64,000 nucleotides of DNA. Origin: a virus. Of this stretch, positions 1 to 9,137 are shown one piece after another. The stretch lies in the IMG/VR virus record IMGVR_UViG_3300021197_001931, positions 97,720 through 161,719 of that record; one strand, 5' to 3'. Under the pieces are notes generated by a model, which was not told where the DNA came from, made no database searches, and was given only the letters and a program-made list of their open reading frames with translations. The position numbers and the translations under genes are program-made. Position 1 is the stretch's first letter, and each line of letters begins with the position of its first letter.

Positions 1-267
1 GTTGAATGGAATGCGTATGGCACAGAATACTCAGACAATATAGGTGTCGATCAAAGGGTTGAAATAACTGTTCACTTTCACGAAAGAAGGTTGCAAGAGG
101 ATCAAAACATATACGTGAGAACTGGTGATTTTGTCCTCTATGGCGGAGTTTATTACGAATTAGTTGATTGGGCTGAACCTAGAAAAATATATGGCCAAGT
201 GGAACATAGCATTGAAATATCAGCAAAATGTGTAAGGGCTCGTCCTGGAGTGTTTAATGGCAGCTAA
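1..267 (+). CDS. 5'-truncated phage neck/head-closure-type protein
   Basis: Frame 1 is open from base 1 to TAA at 265-267 (..VHFHERRLQEDQNIYVRTGDFVLYG..); lies directly upstream of tail terminator and sheath. Confidence 0.5.
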   Translation, partial: VEWNAYGTEYSDNIGVDQRVEITVHFHERRLQEDQNIYVRTGDFVLYGGVYYELVDWAEPRKIYGQVEHSIEISAKCVRARPGVFNGS

Positions 268-1111
268 AATTAAAAAAATTATGCCCTCCACTCTGGAGAC
301 CATTGATAAAGCATTTTATGATTGGGTTGATGACAATTTAAATGTTTTCTCAACCACAAATGAAGGTTGGAAGAAGGTCCCTCTTATCTGGGTGTCGGCA
401 GAGAGATCCTTTCAGGTGAAAACCGATAAGGACCTAAGAGACGATTATGGCGTGTTAAAGCTTCCACTTATAACAATTGAGAGAAAATCTATTGTAAAGG
501 ACCCAAATAGAAAAGGAATCTATCAAGCAAATATACCACCCAAAAATGATCCCAAAGGTGGAGCGGTTGTGTTATCCACCAGGATTAATCAAACCAAGAC
601 GGGCGATTTTGCAAACGCAGATTCTTACAAAACAAAAGCTAGCTTTTCTTCCCAGGGAGATGGTTTTGGCCAACAGAATTTTAAATTTCAAAATAAAAAA
701 ATAGTATATGAAACTTTAACTATACCAGTGCCAACGTATGTAAATGTAACCTACTCTGTTATGCTTAAGGGTGAATACTTTCAACAAATAAATGAAATGC
801 TAACACCTTTTCTCGTAAAGACAGGCCAGATAAACAATTTCTTTATCACATCTGATGGGCACAAATTTGAAGGCTTTTTGCCTCAAGACTTTTCACAAAA
901 CAATAATGTCTCCAATCTTGGAGGTGATGAGAGAGTATTTGAGACAAAAATGGATATTAGGGTGCTTGGATATCTGTTGGGCGCAGACAATAATGATGAT
1001 CGCCCCAAGATAGCCGTTAGGGAAAATTTTGTAGAAGTCAAATTTCCTAGAGAACGTGTTATCTTGGGAGATATACCAACTACTGTTTCTGGTGCCTTTT
1101 ATCGAGAGTAA
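257..1111 (+). CDS. Tail terminator / sheath stabiliser (T4 gp15-like)
   Basis: Lies before the sheath; VPLIW..ER, LPLITIER, P.PTYVNVTYSV pattern typical of myovirus tail-completion proteins. Confidence 0.55.
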   Translation: MAAKIKKIMPSTLETIDKAFYDWVDDNLNVFSTTNEGWKKVPLIWVSAERSFQVKTDKDLRDDYGVLKLPLITIERKSIVKDPNRKGIYQANIPPKNDPKGGAVVLSTRINQTKTGDFANADSYKTKASFSSQGDGFGQQNFKFQNKKIVYETLTIPVPTYVNVTYSVMLKGEYFQQINEMLTPFLVKTGQINNFFITSDGHKFEGFLPQDFSQNNNVSNLGGDERVFETKMDIRVLGYLLGADNNDDRPKIAVRENFVEVKFPRERVILGDIPTTVSGAFYRE

Positions 1112-1136
1112 TTTTGGACTTTGCGCTCAAGAGTTA

Positions 1137-1143
1137 CTATTTA
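1137..1143 (+). promoter_or_regulatory. Candidate phage late promoter CTATTTA upstream of sheath
   Basis: The same CTA[AGT]TTA motif recurs upstream of tube (4165), chaperone (4783), tape measure (5963) and many accessory genes. Confidence 0.5.
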
Positions 1144-1205
1144 CTACGAGAACCACAAGTAATAATTACTAAGGTATACAAATTTGAGCAAGGAGAAATT
1201 AAATA

Positions 1206-4145
1206 ATGGCAAGTGGAGCTAGAAGATTTAAGTTCATTTCCCCTGGTGTTTATTTAAACGAGATTGATCGTTCACAATTGCCAGCAGAATCGACAGCCAT
1301 AGGCCCAGTCATCATTGGACGAACAAAGAGAGGCCCAGCAATGGTGCCCACAAAGGTCGCGTCTTTTGAAGAATTTGTGAGAGTCTTTGGTGAACCAGTA
1401 CCTGGTGCTGGCGGTGGAGACAACTGGAGAGAGGGCACTTTTGACGGCCCCACTTACGGCGCTTACGCTGCTCAAGCTTGGTTGAATTCAGGAGAAGCCC
1501 CTGTGACCATGATGCGCTTGCTTGGTACTCATCACGACGATCGCGTTACAGCTGGGTCCGCTGGTTGGGATGTTACAGGACAGCCAACGATGGAAAAAGG
1601 AAAGAATGGCGGAGCTTATGGGCTGTTCCTAGTCGACTCTGGGTCTCAGGCAACACATAACACTGGTACCTTGGCTGCTGTTTGGTATATGGAACAAGGG
1701 ACCTCAATGAGATTGAGTGGAAACTTTGTTGGCTTCAACAGACCAGTAGATGGCTCAGATGGCGGAGAGCTAGTTACTCATGGCGCCGGTACAGCTCTCA
1801 TGTTCAAGAGCAGCGGCGAAAAGGCAGAATTTGTTATGGAGGTTTTTAAAGATGGAACTCCCATTAGCAATGGCACCTTGTCAGAGAAAGTTTGCTTCAA
1901 CTTTGATAGAGATAGTGAAAAGTTTATTCGTAAAGTGTTCAACACGAACCCTTCCCAGACAAACTCTGATGTTGTAACCACTAGTAACAACCCAAACTAT
2001 TTTACTTACTGGTTGGGTGAAACATTTGAAGGGTTTGTTTCAACACAAGTCACGGGATCAACTAGCACCGCCACAGAGGCAGGAAATGTTCATGGTGTGC
2101 TTCTAGGATTAGAGGGGACAGCCGACGCCACACTAGAGTATGCAGATCACCAAATTACATTCCAAAACGCCGAAACTCCTTATTTTAGATCGCAAGATTT
2201 GGGAATCTTCTCTAACTTTGAATTAACAAATAATGTACAATTATTTAAACTCGTTGCTTTAGAATATGGCGAATGGGCAAATAGAAATATTAAAGTTTCA
2301 ATTGAGAATCTAAAGGCAGCCGATTATCCAGATGTTGATCCCTACGGAACATTCTCAGTTGTTCTTCGATCGGTTCGTGATCGTGATGAGAAAGTTAACG
2401 TGCTGGAGAGATTTGATAACGTAAACCTTAATCCCAATTCTGCTGACTATATCGCTAGAAGAATTGGAGATTCATATTTCACATGGAGCGACACAGACAG
2501 AAGGTTAAGGCAATTTGGAGCATATCCGAATAATTCTGATTATGTTCGTGTCGTTGTTCCTGAGAGTGTCGACGAAGGGGCCATAAATCCAGAGCTTCTT
2601 CCGTTTGGTTATACTGGGCCGCCTAGATTTAAAGGATTCTCCATTGGAAGTGGAAGTTCAATTCCGTTTGTTTTGGGAGAACACGGCGGCACCAGCCAAG
2701 CTCCAGTAAAGGGTGCAGCCACGATTGCTTTTAGTGGTTCTCAGAATGCTGAGCAGTTTGTCGGCGCTATCGCAGATAACGGTGGACAGCTGAGCGCTAG
2801 CTTCTTATTCCCCTCTATGAGACTCAGGAATAGTGCAAGCGATGGCTATCTAACAGACGAGACTGACGCCTACTTCGGTCTTCAAACTACAAGAAACGCA
2901 TCTAGCACGCTGTTTGACTTTAGCTATTATGATCTGACTAGAGCACTTCCAAAGGGCATTGATTCATTTACTGCCGGAACAGCCACTGATCACTCCTTCG
3001 GGTTTAGTATGGACGACGTAGTTTCTGGAACCTCTGGTTATCACTACGATTCAGGCTCAAGAAAGCGTGGCGAATCTTATACATCTCTAACTGGAAGGGG
3101 ATATAAAGACCTATTATCTGCTGGATATGATAGATTTACATCTCCAATGTTTGGTGGGTTTGATGGACTCGATGTGACGGAGAAAGAGCCTTTCAGAAAC
3201 ACTGGCCTATCAGGCAAAACAAGACTGAACAGCTACGCATATAACACCATTGAAAGAGCAATAGATTCTGTTGCTAGTCCCGAGTTTGTTGAGGCTAACA
3301 TAATGGCCATTCCTGGAATTTACAATTCTACCTTAACAGACCGTCTCATCAATACGTGTGAGGATAGAGGAGACGCTCTTGCAATTATCGACCTTGAGAA
3401 TGATTGGGTTCCCTTTACGGAAGGTACAGCCGCCGTATCAGCAAGGCTTCCCAATGTATCTAGCGCCATTACGAGCCTAAAGAGTAGAAGTTTAAACTCT
3501 AGCTATGGTTGCGCATTCTTCCCATGGCTCCAAGTCAAAGACACGGCGACAGGTCGCTTGATCAATTCCCCTCCCTCAGTCGCAGCCTTGGGAACCTTTG
3601 GAAGCTCTCAAGCGAGATCAGAGATTTGGTTTGCCCCAGCAGGGTTTACAAGAGGTGGACTTACTGATGGTGCTGCTGGTGTGCCGGTTACAAACGTAAA
3701 GCTCAGACTGACTTCAAAAGACAGGGATGATCTTTATGCGGTAAATATTAATCCGATTGCCACATTCCCGAATGAAGGTATTGTAATTTTCGGACAAAAG
3801 ACACTGCAAGCTTCTAGGTCTGCGTTAGATAGAATCAACGTGCGTCGTTTGATGATCTTTGTTAAGAAAGAGATTTCAAAGATTGCAAATGGTATTCTGT
3901 TTGAGCCTAATGTCCAGGCAACATGGGATCGTTTTACTGCTGCAGTAAACCCCTTCCTGGGCGACGTTAAGGCAAGATTTGGCCTCACAGACTTTAGGGT
4001 TGTTCTTGACACCACTACAACTACAGATGATCTAATCGATAGAAATATTCTATACGCGAAGATTTATCTCAAGCCAGCTCGTGCCATTGAGTTTATCGCG
4101 CTAGACTTTATTATCACAAGAACTGGTGCTTCATTTGATGACTAG
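1206..4145 (+). CDS. Contractile tail sheath protein
   Basis: N-terminal SPGVYLNEID; C-terminal WFAPAGFTRG, INPIATF..EGIVIFGQKT, RINVRRL, KPARAIEFIALDF. Confidence 0.95.
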   Translation: MASGARRFKFISPGVYLNEIDRSQLPAESTAIGPVIIGRTKRGPAMVPTKVASFEEFVRVFGEPVPGAGGGDNWREGTFDGPTYGAYAAQAWLNSGEAPVTMMRLLGTHHDDRVTAGSAGWDVTGQPTMEKGKNGGAYGLFLVDSGSQATHNTGTLAAVWYMEQGTSMRLSGNFVGFNRPVDGSDGGELVTHGAGTALMFKSSGEKAEFVMEVFKDGTPISNGTLSEKVCFNFDRDSEKFIRKVFNTNPSQTNSDVVTTSNNPNYFTYWLGETFEGFVSTQVTGSTSTATEAGNVHGVLLGLEGTADATLEYADHQITFQNAETPYFRSQDLGIFSNFELTNNVQLFKLVALEYGEWANRNIKVSIENLKAADYPDVDPYGTFSVVLRSVRDRDEKVNVLERFDNVNLNPNSADYIARRIGDSYFTWSDTDRRLRQFGAYPNNSDYVRVVVPESVDEGAINPELLPFGYTGPPRFKGFSIGSGSSIPFVLGEHGGTSQAPVKGAATIAFSGSQNAEQFVGAIADNGGQLSASFLFPSMRLRNSASDGYLTDETDAYFGLQTTRNASSTLFDFSYYDLTRALPKGIDSFTAGTATDHSFGFSMDDVVSGTSGYHYDSGSRKRGESYTSLTGRGYKDLLSAGYDRFTSPMFGGFDGLDVTEKEPFRNTGLSGKTRLNSYAYNTIERAIDSVASPEFVEANIMAIPGIYNSTLTDRLINTCEDRGDALAIIDLENDWVPFTEGTAAVSARLPNVSSAITSLKSRSLNSSYGCAFFPWLQVKDTATGRLINSPPSVAALGTFGSSQARSEIWFAPAGFTRGGLTDGAAGVPVTNVKLRLTSKDRDDLYAVNINPIATFPNEGIVIFGQKTLQASRSALDRINVRRLMIFVKKEISKIANGILFEPNVQATWDRFTAAVNPFLGDVKARFGLTDFRVVLDTTTTTDDLIDRNILYAKIYLKPARAIEFIALDFIITRTGASFDD

Positions 4146-4193
4146 AGAAAAACAATAGTTAATACTATTTAAACTGTAAGGAGAAAACAAGAG

Positions 4194-4790
4194 ATGCCAT
4201 TCTGGAGTTCTGGACAAGTTGAGCCAAAAAGACAATTTAGATTTTTAGTGAGTATTCCGAATATGGCCGATGCAGCGCAATTCTATGCTCGCAGCGTCAC
4301 TAAGCCTGGGTTTACTGTTACGCAAGCAAACCATAAATTTCTAAACCACACTTTCTACTATCCCGGTAAGGTTGAGTGGAACACAGTTACTGTTTCTTTG
4401 GTTGACCCAGTTAGCCCAGATGCAACAGGTGACATTCTCTCTATTCTTAGAAGAAGTGGCTACAATGTGCCCTCTAACTTAGATGCGACATCTGGTAATG
4501 AATCAATGTCTACGATTGGCAAGGGCAATGCAAACGCAGCTCTTGGCGAGGTCGTAATTCGTGCCTTAGATGAAGATGGCAATTTCCTAGAGGAGTGGAC
4601 TCTAAATAACCCATTTATTGTTGGGGTTAGTTTCAACAACTATGATTATAGCGCGGAAGAGCTTTCTACAGTTGATTTGGAAATTCGTTATGATTGGGCT
4701 TCTTACGTAATCCCAGACGGTCGTCCTCAATCTCCTGGAGCGAGTTCTCTTAGAAGAATCTTCACGCCAGATAATCCTTCACCTATTTAA
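4194..4790 (+). CDS. Tail tube protein (gp19-like)
   Basis: Follows sheath; EPKRQFRF, YYPGKVEW, EEWTL.NPF, LEIRYDWA. Confidence 0.85.
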   Translation: MPFWSSGQVEPKRQFRFLVSIPNMADAAQFYARSVTKPGFTVTQANHKFLNHTFYYPGKVEWNTVTVSLVDPVSPDATGDILSILRRSGYNVPSNLDATSGNESMSTIGKGNANAALGEVVIRALDEDGNFLEEWTLNNPFIVGVSFNNYDYSAEELSTVDLEIRYDWASYVIPDGRPQSPGASSLRRIFTPDNPSPI

Positions 4791-4861
4791 TATTGCGTAT
4801 ATTAGTATTTAAAAACCAAATTTTATTGATATATAATGCCATGTAAAGTACGAGGTATAAA

Positions 4862-5716
4862 TTGGCAAGAAACAATTCGGGGCGCACAAAAAGCGCTAAA
4901 CCTAAAAAAACAGTAGAACAAGAGGCCCCACCGCCTAAAACATCAGTATTAGATTTTGTGACGCCAACTGAATTTGTTGAGCTTCCAAGTAATGGTAGAT
5001 TTTACAATACATCTCACCCATTGCATCGCCAAGAAACAGTTGAAATTAGATTCATGACTGCAAAGGATGAAGATATTTTAACAAGCCAAACTCTTCTTCG
5101 CAAGGGCTTGGCTTTAGAAAAGTTTCTTCAAAATGTTTTAGTAAATAAATCAATTGACCCTTCAACCTTATTGGTGGGTGATAGAAACGCTATCCTAGTA
5201 GCTGCTAGAATCACAGGGTATGGGTCAAATTATGAAACAAACACGCCATGTCCATCTTGCGGGAACAAGGACATTTTTTCATTTAATTTAAATGACGGAT
5301 CAATTTATTCAGGTGATGACTTGGGCGATATGGAGATTCATGAAACGGATCACTATACTTTTACGACGACACTTCCTATGACAAAAGTTAACGCAGAATT
5401 TAGACTTTTAACTGGTGAAGATGAGTCATTTATTACTCGTAATAATGTTAGAAGAAAGAAAACTTCTGCCCTTGAAACAAGCCTAACCACTCAGATGGCT
5501 AGGTGTATTGTGTCTCTAAATGGTGACACAGATAGGTCTATTGTAAATCAGTTTGTTGAACTAATGCCGGCATTTGATTCACGTCATATAAGAAGCGCTA
5601 TCAAGAGAGTAACTCCAAACTTAGATTTAACACAAGCGTATAGGTGCTCAGAGTGTAATCATGAGCAAGAAATGGAGGTGCCGTTTACAACGGATTTCTT
5701 TTGGCCTAACAGATAA
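4862..5716 (+). CDS. Tail/baseplate assembly chaperone (T4 gp26-like) with two CxxC pairs
   Basis: VELPS.G.FY, MTAKDEDILT, GDRNAIL..AR..GYG, CPSC..CSEC, ends FFWP. Confidence 0.7.
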   Translation: MARNNSGRTKSAKPKKTVEQEAPPPKTSVLDFVTPTEFVELPSNGRFYNTSHPLHRQETVEIRFMTAKDEDILTSQTLLRKGLALEKFLQNVLVNKSIDPSTLLVGDRNAILVAARITGYGSNYETNTPCPSCGNKDIFSFNLNDGSIYSGDDLGDMEIHETDHYTFTTTLPMTKVNAEFRLLTGEDESFITRNNVRRKKTSALETSLTTQMARCIVSLNGDTDRSIVNQFVELMPAFDSRHIRSAIKRVTPNLDLTQAYRCSECNHEQEMEVPFTTDFFWPNR

Positions 5717-5918
5717 ATATATTGAAAATGTTTACGAGCAGTTTTTCTTTTTAATGTATCATGGTAAGTGGGATTTTCAACAATCCTATAATTTACCAGT
5801 TGGTTTGAGAGAATGGTTTACAAAAAGACTTCTAAAACAACTAGAAGACGAAAAAGAAGCAAGAGAAAATGCTTCAAGCAACAAAAAGACCCACACTATA
5901 CCATCTAACTTACCTTAA
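5661..5918 (+). CDS. Small tail assembly chaperone (probably a frameshift extension of the upstream ORF)
   Basis: Overlaps the previous ORF and has no RBS at its ATG; helical motif YEQFFFL.YHG.W...YNLP..LR.WF; sits just before tape measure. Confidence 0.6.
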   Translation: MSKKWRCRLQRISFGLTDKYIENVYEQFFFLMYHGKWDFQQSYNLPVGLREWFTKRLLKQLEDEKEARENASSNKKTHTIPSNLP

Positions 5919-5920
5919 CC

Positions 5921-5958
5921 ATAAAGCCGGGACACATGTTCTGGCTTTATTTTTATTT
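5921..5958 (+). terminator. Rho-independent terminator
   Basis: ATAAAGCCGG..CTGGCTTTAT stem followed by a T-rich run. Confidence 0.65.
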
Positions 5959-6014
5959 AAAACTAATTATTTAAGCAAAAGGGGTTAATAGACATACAGT
6001 CTAGAATATTTATT

Positions 6015-7877
6015 ATGGCCGATAGAAAAGAACAGTTAGAAAATCAAATTAAAGCCCTGAACGCCTCTAAAGAGCAGCTTAAAATCGAGGAGCGGCTGGC
6101 AGCCCAGCGTAAGGACTACGCTAGTGAAGCGGAAAAAATACTTGAACATCAACAAGAAGAGATAAAACTCTCACGAGCCAACATAGAGCTGAAGAAAGAG
6201 CAGAAAAAACTCAGTGCAGGGCTGCGCGCTTCCATGGAGGCAGACTTAGCAGATCAAATAAATAAATATGAGCAGATTAAGAAAACGCAACAGGATATAC
6301 AAAACATACAAAGCTCAACTGATGATCTTATGGGAAGCATTGCTTCAAAGATTGGTCTTTCCAACAAGGGTAGCGCTGAATTTTTAAAAAACATATTGGG
6401 AGCAAAAGATCAAACTCAAGCTCTTAAAATCGCCTGGGGTAGAGCGGCAGCAAATATTGGAAAGTTTGCAACAGCAGCTGGAGTTGCCGCTGCAAGCGTA
6501 ATGGCAATAGGCAAAGCGACAGCAGACGCTGTTGTAGAAATTGATCGAGTAAGGGCTGGTTTTGTTGGCGTTACTGCGGATACATCCGATGCGATGAAGA
6601 TGGCCGAGAGACTTACCTTTAGCAACCTGGAATTGGCGATATCTTTTGGAGAAATGTCAAAAGCTCAAGTGCAACTTAGAACGCAGTTCGCACAATTTGG
6701 ATTCCTATCCGATAGTGTTAGGGAGAGCGTAACTCTACAGGGTGCGCAATTACAAAAACTTGGTGTTGATGCGGGAACAACTGCAACAATCATGAACACT
6801 TTAACAATGTCTTTTGGTCAATCCGCGACTGAGGCTGCTGGGACTCAAAGGGAAATAATAGGTCTCGGCCAGGCCCTAAAAATACCTCCTGCGATTATCG
6901 CCCGTGATTTTGCACAAGCGCTGCCGCATTTAGCACAGTTTGGCAATCAGGCAGTTCGAGTTTTTGAGGAACTTAGTGTTGCGGCACGGCAAGCTGGCGT
7001 TTCAGTTTCAGACTTAACGGGAATATTTGGAGACCAGTTTAATACTTTTGAAGGTGCTGTAGGTGCGGCTGGACGCCTTAACCAAGCTCTTAGGTCAGAT
7101 GTGTTTAGTGGCATGGAATTGTTGATGGCGGATACCGCTGAAAGACAAAGGATGATAAAAGAGGGCTTAAGGTTATCCGGAGTAGAGTTCCAGAACCTAG
7201 AGAGATATGAGAAGTTATACATTGCGAATGCTATAGGAATCAGAGATGTAGCGCAGGCTGCGGCTATTTTGGGTGATTCTCAAGAACAAGTTGCCATGCG
7301 TATTGGCGATACTAGTTTCTCAATGACAGAAATGGAAGAGATGACCAAGAGTGCTACTGCGACCATGGATAAGCTACAATTTGTATTTATACAGCTAGCA
7401 GTTGCAGTTACCCCACTTGCTGACCTTTTTGCTGTTATAATTCAAGGGTTTTTGGATTTTGTCAATGTCATTCCTGGTGGCATGGGGACAATAGTTGCTC
7501 TGGTTGGTGCGCTTGCCGGATTTGCAACAGGAGGTCCAGTAGGAGCGGTAATTGGTATTGGATCTGCATTGTTAGGGGGTGCAGCTGCTACTGGTGTTGG
7601 GACAAGAGTTGGTGATGCACACTTTGGCCCAGGAGAAGTAAAGCAAATTGTTATGAATGACGGAAGCGTTGCCATTCCAAATAAAAATGATAGCATAAAC
7701 GCCGCAAAAGATCAACCTTTAGATATGATAAATGAGCTAAAAGAAATAAAAAATGCGATTCTTCAAAGCAATAATGGCGGGTCAAAGTTTGTATTAGAAA
7801 TTGAGGGAAGAGCATTTGACGCACCAGTAAAAAGAATAATTAAAGACACCACTCTTGGCCCTGCGGGTCTTTTTTAA
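6015..7877 (+). CDS. Tape measure protein
   Basis: Ala/Gly-rich helical protein, N-terminal coiled coil, hydrophobic Gly-rich C-terminal segment, canonical position. Confidence 0.75.
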   Translation: MADRKEQLENQIKALNASKEQLKIEERLAAQRKDYASEAEKILEHQQEEIKLSRANIELKKEQKKLSAGLRASMEADLADQINKYEQIKKTQQDIQNIQSSTDDLMGSIASKIGLSNKGSAEFLKNILGAKDQTQALKIAWGRAAANIGKFATAAGVAAASVMAIGKATADAVVEIDRVRAGFVGVTADTSDAMKMAERLTFSNLELAISFGEMSKAQVQLRTQFAQFGFLSDSVRESVTLQGAQLQKLGVDAGTTATIMNTLTMSFGQSATEAAGTQREIIGLGQALKIPPAIIARDFAQALPHLAQFGNQAVRVFEELSVAARQAGVSVSDLTGIFGDQFNTFEGAVGAAGRLNQALRSDVFSGMELLMADTAERQRMIKEGLRLSGVEFQNLERYEKLYIANAIGIRDVAQAAAILGDSQEQVAMRIGDTSFSMTEMEEMTKSATATMDKLQFVFIQLAVAVTPLADLFAVIIQGFLDFVNVIPGGMGTIVALVGALAGFATGGPVGAVIGIGSALLGGAAATGVGTRVGDAHFGPGEVKQIVMNDGSVAIPNKNDSINAAKDQPLDMINELKEIKNAILQSNNGGSKFVLEIEGRAFDAPVKRIIKDTTLGPAGLF

Positions 7878-7898
7878 AACTTTAGATTATATACTATT

Positions 7899-8792
7899 AT
7901 GGCAGAAACAATATTTAGCAATGGCGACAGTTCTGATAACTATGCAAACAAAAAAGCATTGTATCTTAGCTTTTTTCATTTAGCTAGCAAAAAAGAAGTT
8001 AATTTTAAGGCGTTCGTAACAAGCTATAGTGAGACACTGTCCACTGAGTGGAATCTAGAGCAAGTATTTGGACGCAATGATCCTATTGCTACTTTTAAAT
8101 CCACAGCAAGAAGAGTTTCTGTAAGCTGGGTCATTCCGGCTGCCTCTTTGGATGAGGCAAAAGTAAATTTAGGTAGATGTAATCTTTTATCCCAATTTAT
8201 GTATCCAGCCTATACTAACTTAGATGGAGACGCCTCAACTTTATCCAAACCTCCTTTGATGAGAATAAGATTTGCAAATTTAATAAAAAATTCTTCACTT
8301 GGTGATGATGCTGGTGCGAGGGTGTCTGGGCTCTTATCTGCGGTTAATGCGATAACAATTACTCCATCATTTGACGACACAAGTGGGTTTTTTGATCCTG
8401 GTCAGGGAAAACTTTTCCCTAAGTTGATAACCGTAAACTTGGACTTTACTGCGCTTCACGAGCATCAATTAGGATGGGGAACATCCTCTGGGTTTGAATC
8501 ACAAGAATTACAAGACTTTCCTTTTGGTAACGCAGTTGTACCTAGACCAGGCAATTCCCCAGAGGCTAGAGTGATCTCCCCAGCTGCGAATGGAGCTTCA
8601 AGTGGCGATGTGGATGATAGCGTGGCCCCTCCCAATGGAACACCGGCACAGCGCTCCAGTGAAGAATCAGAGAGAGTTAATGCAGAAACTGAAGAAGAGG
8701 CGCTTCTTCTAACTGACGGCGCCGGGGCCGGCGGTATGGCACAGCCAAGCGATAGGGGCTGGTTGCGACCTAGGTCTGGAACAACAGGGTAA
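7899..8792 (+). CDS. Baseplate tube-initiator protein (gp48/gp54/CIS-tube-like)
   Basis: W....VFGRNDPI.TF..T.R, YP.Y, PPLMRIRF motifs; follows tape measure. Confidence 0.6.
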   Translation: MAETIFSNGDSSDNYANKKALYLSFFHLASKKEVNFKAFVTSYSETLSTEWNLEQVFGRNDPIATFKSTARRVSVSWVIPAASLDEAKVNLGRCNLLSQFMYPAYTNLDGDASTLSKPPLMRIRFANLIKNSSLGDDAGARVSGLLSAVNAITITPSFDDTSGFFDPGQGKLFPKLITVNLDFTALHEHQLGWGTSSGFESQELQDFPFGNAVVPRPGNSPEARVISPAANGASSGDVDDSVAPPNGTPAQRSSEESERVNAETEEEALLLTDGAGAGGMAQPSDRGWLRPRSGTTG

Positions 8793-8798
8793 TATATA

Positions 8799-9137
8799 AT
8801 GTCTAGATATGCAAATGAAACTCCATTTTTAAACGATTCAGAATTTTACGAAGAATTCTTCAAGGAAAGAAACGTAAAATATATTAGACACTTTAGGAGT
8901 GGAAAAATACGCCACCCAACTATAAAAGAGAGAGCATCTCTTGAGAGAGTTAGGCATATCTGGAAAGTTGGGGATCGGTTTTATAAATTAGCTCACAGAT
9001 ATTATGGCGACCCATCCCTATGGTGGATTATTGCGTGGTTCAACTTAAGACCAACAGAGGGGCACTGTGAGACGGGAGATTTAATTAGAATCCCGTTGCC
9101 ACTAGATAGGGTTCTGGAAATGTTGAGGTATGAATAG
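8799..9137 (+). CDS. LysM/gpX-like baseplate protein
   Basis: HIWKVGDRFYKLAHRYYGDPSLWWIIAWFN..GDLIRIP. Confidence 0.8.
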   Translation: MSRYANETPFLNDSEFYEEFFKERNVKYIRHFRSGKIRHPTIKERASLERVRHIWKVGDRFYKLAHRYYGDPSLWWIIAWFNLRPTEGHCETGDLIRIPLPLDRVLEMLRYE

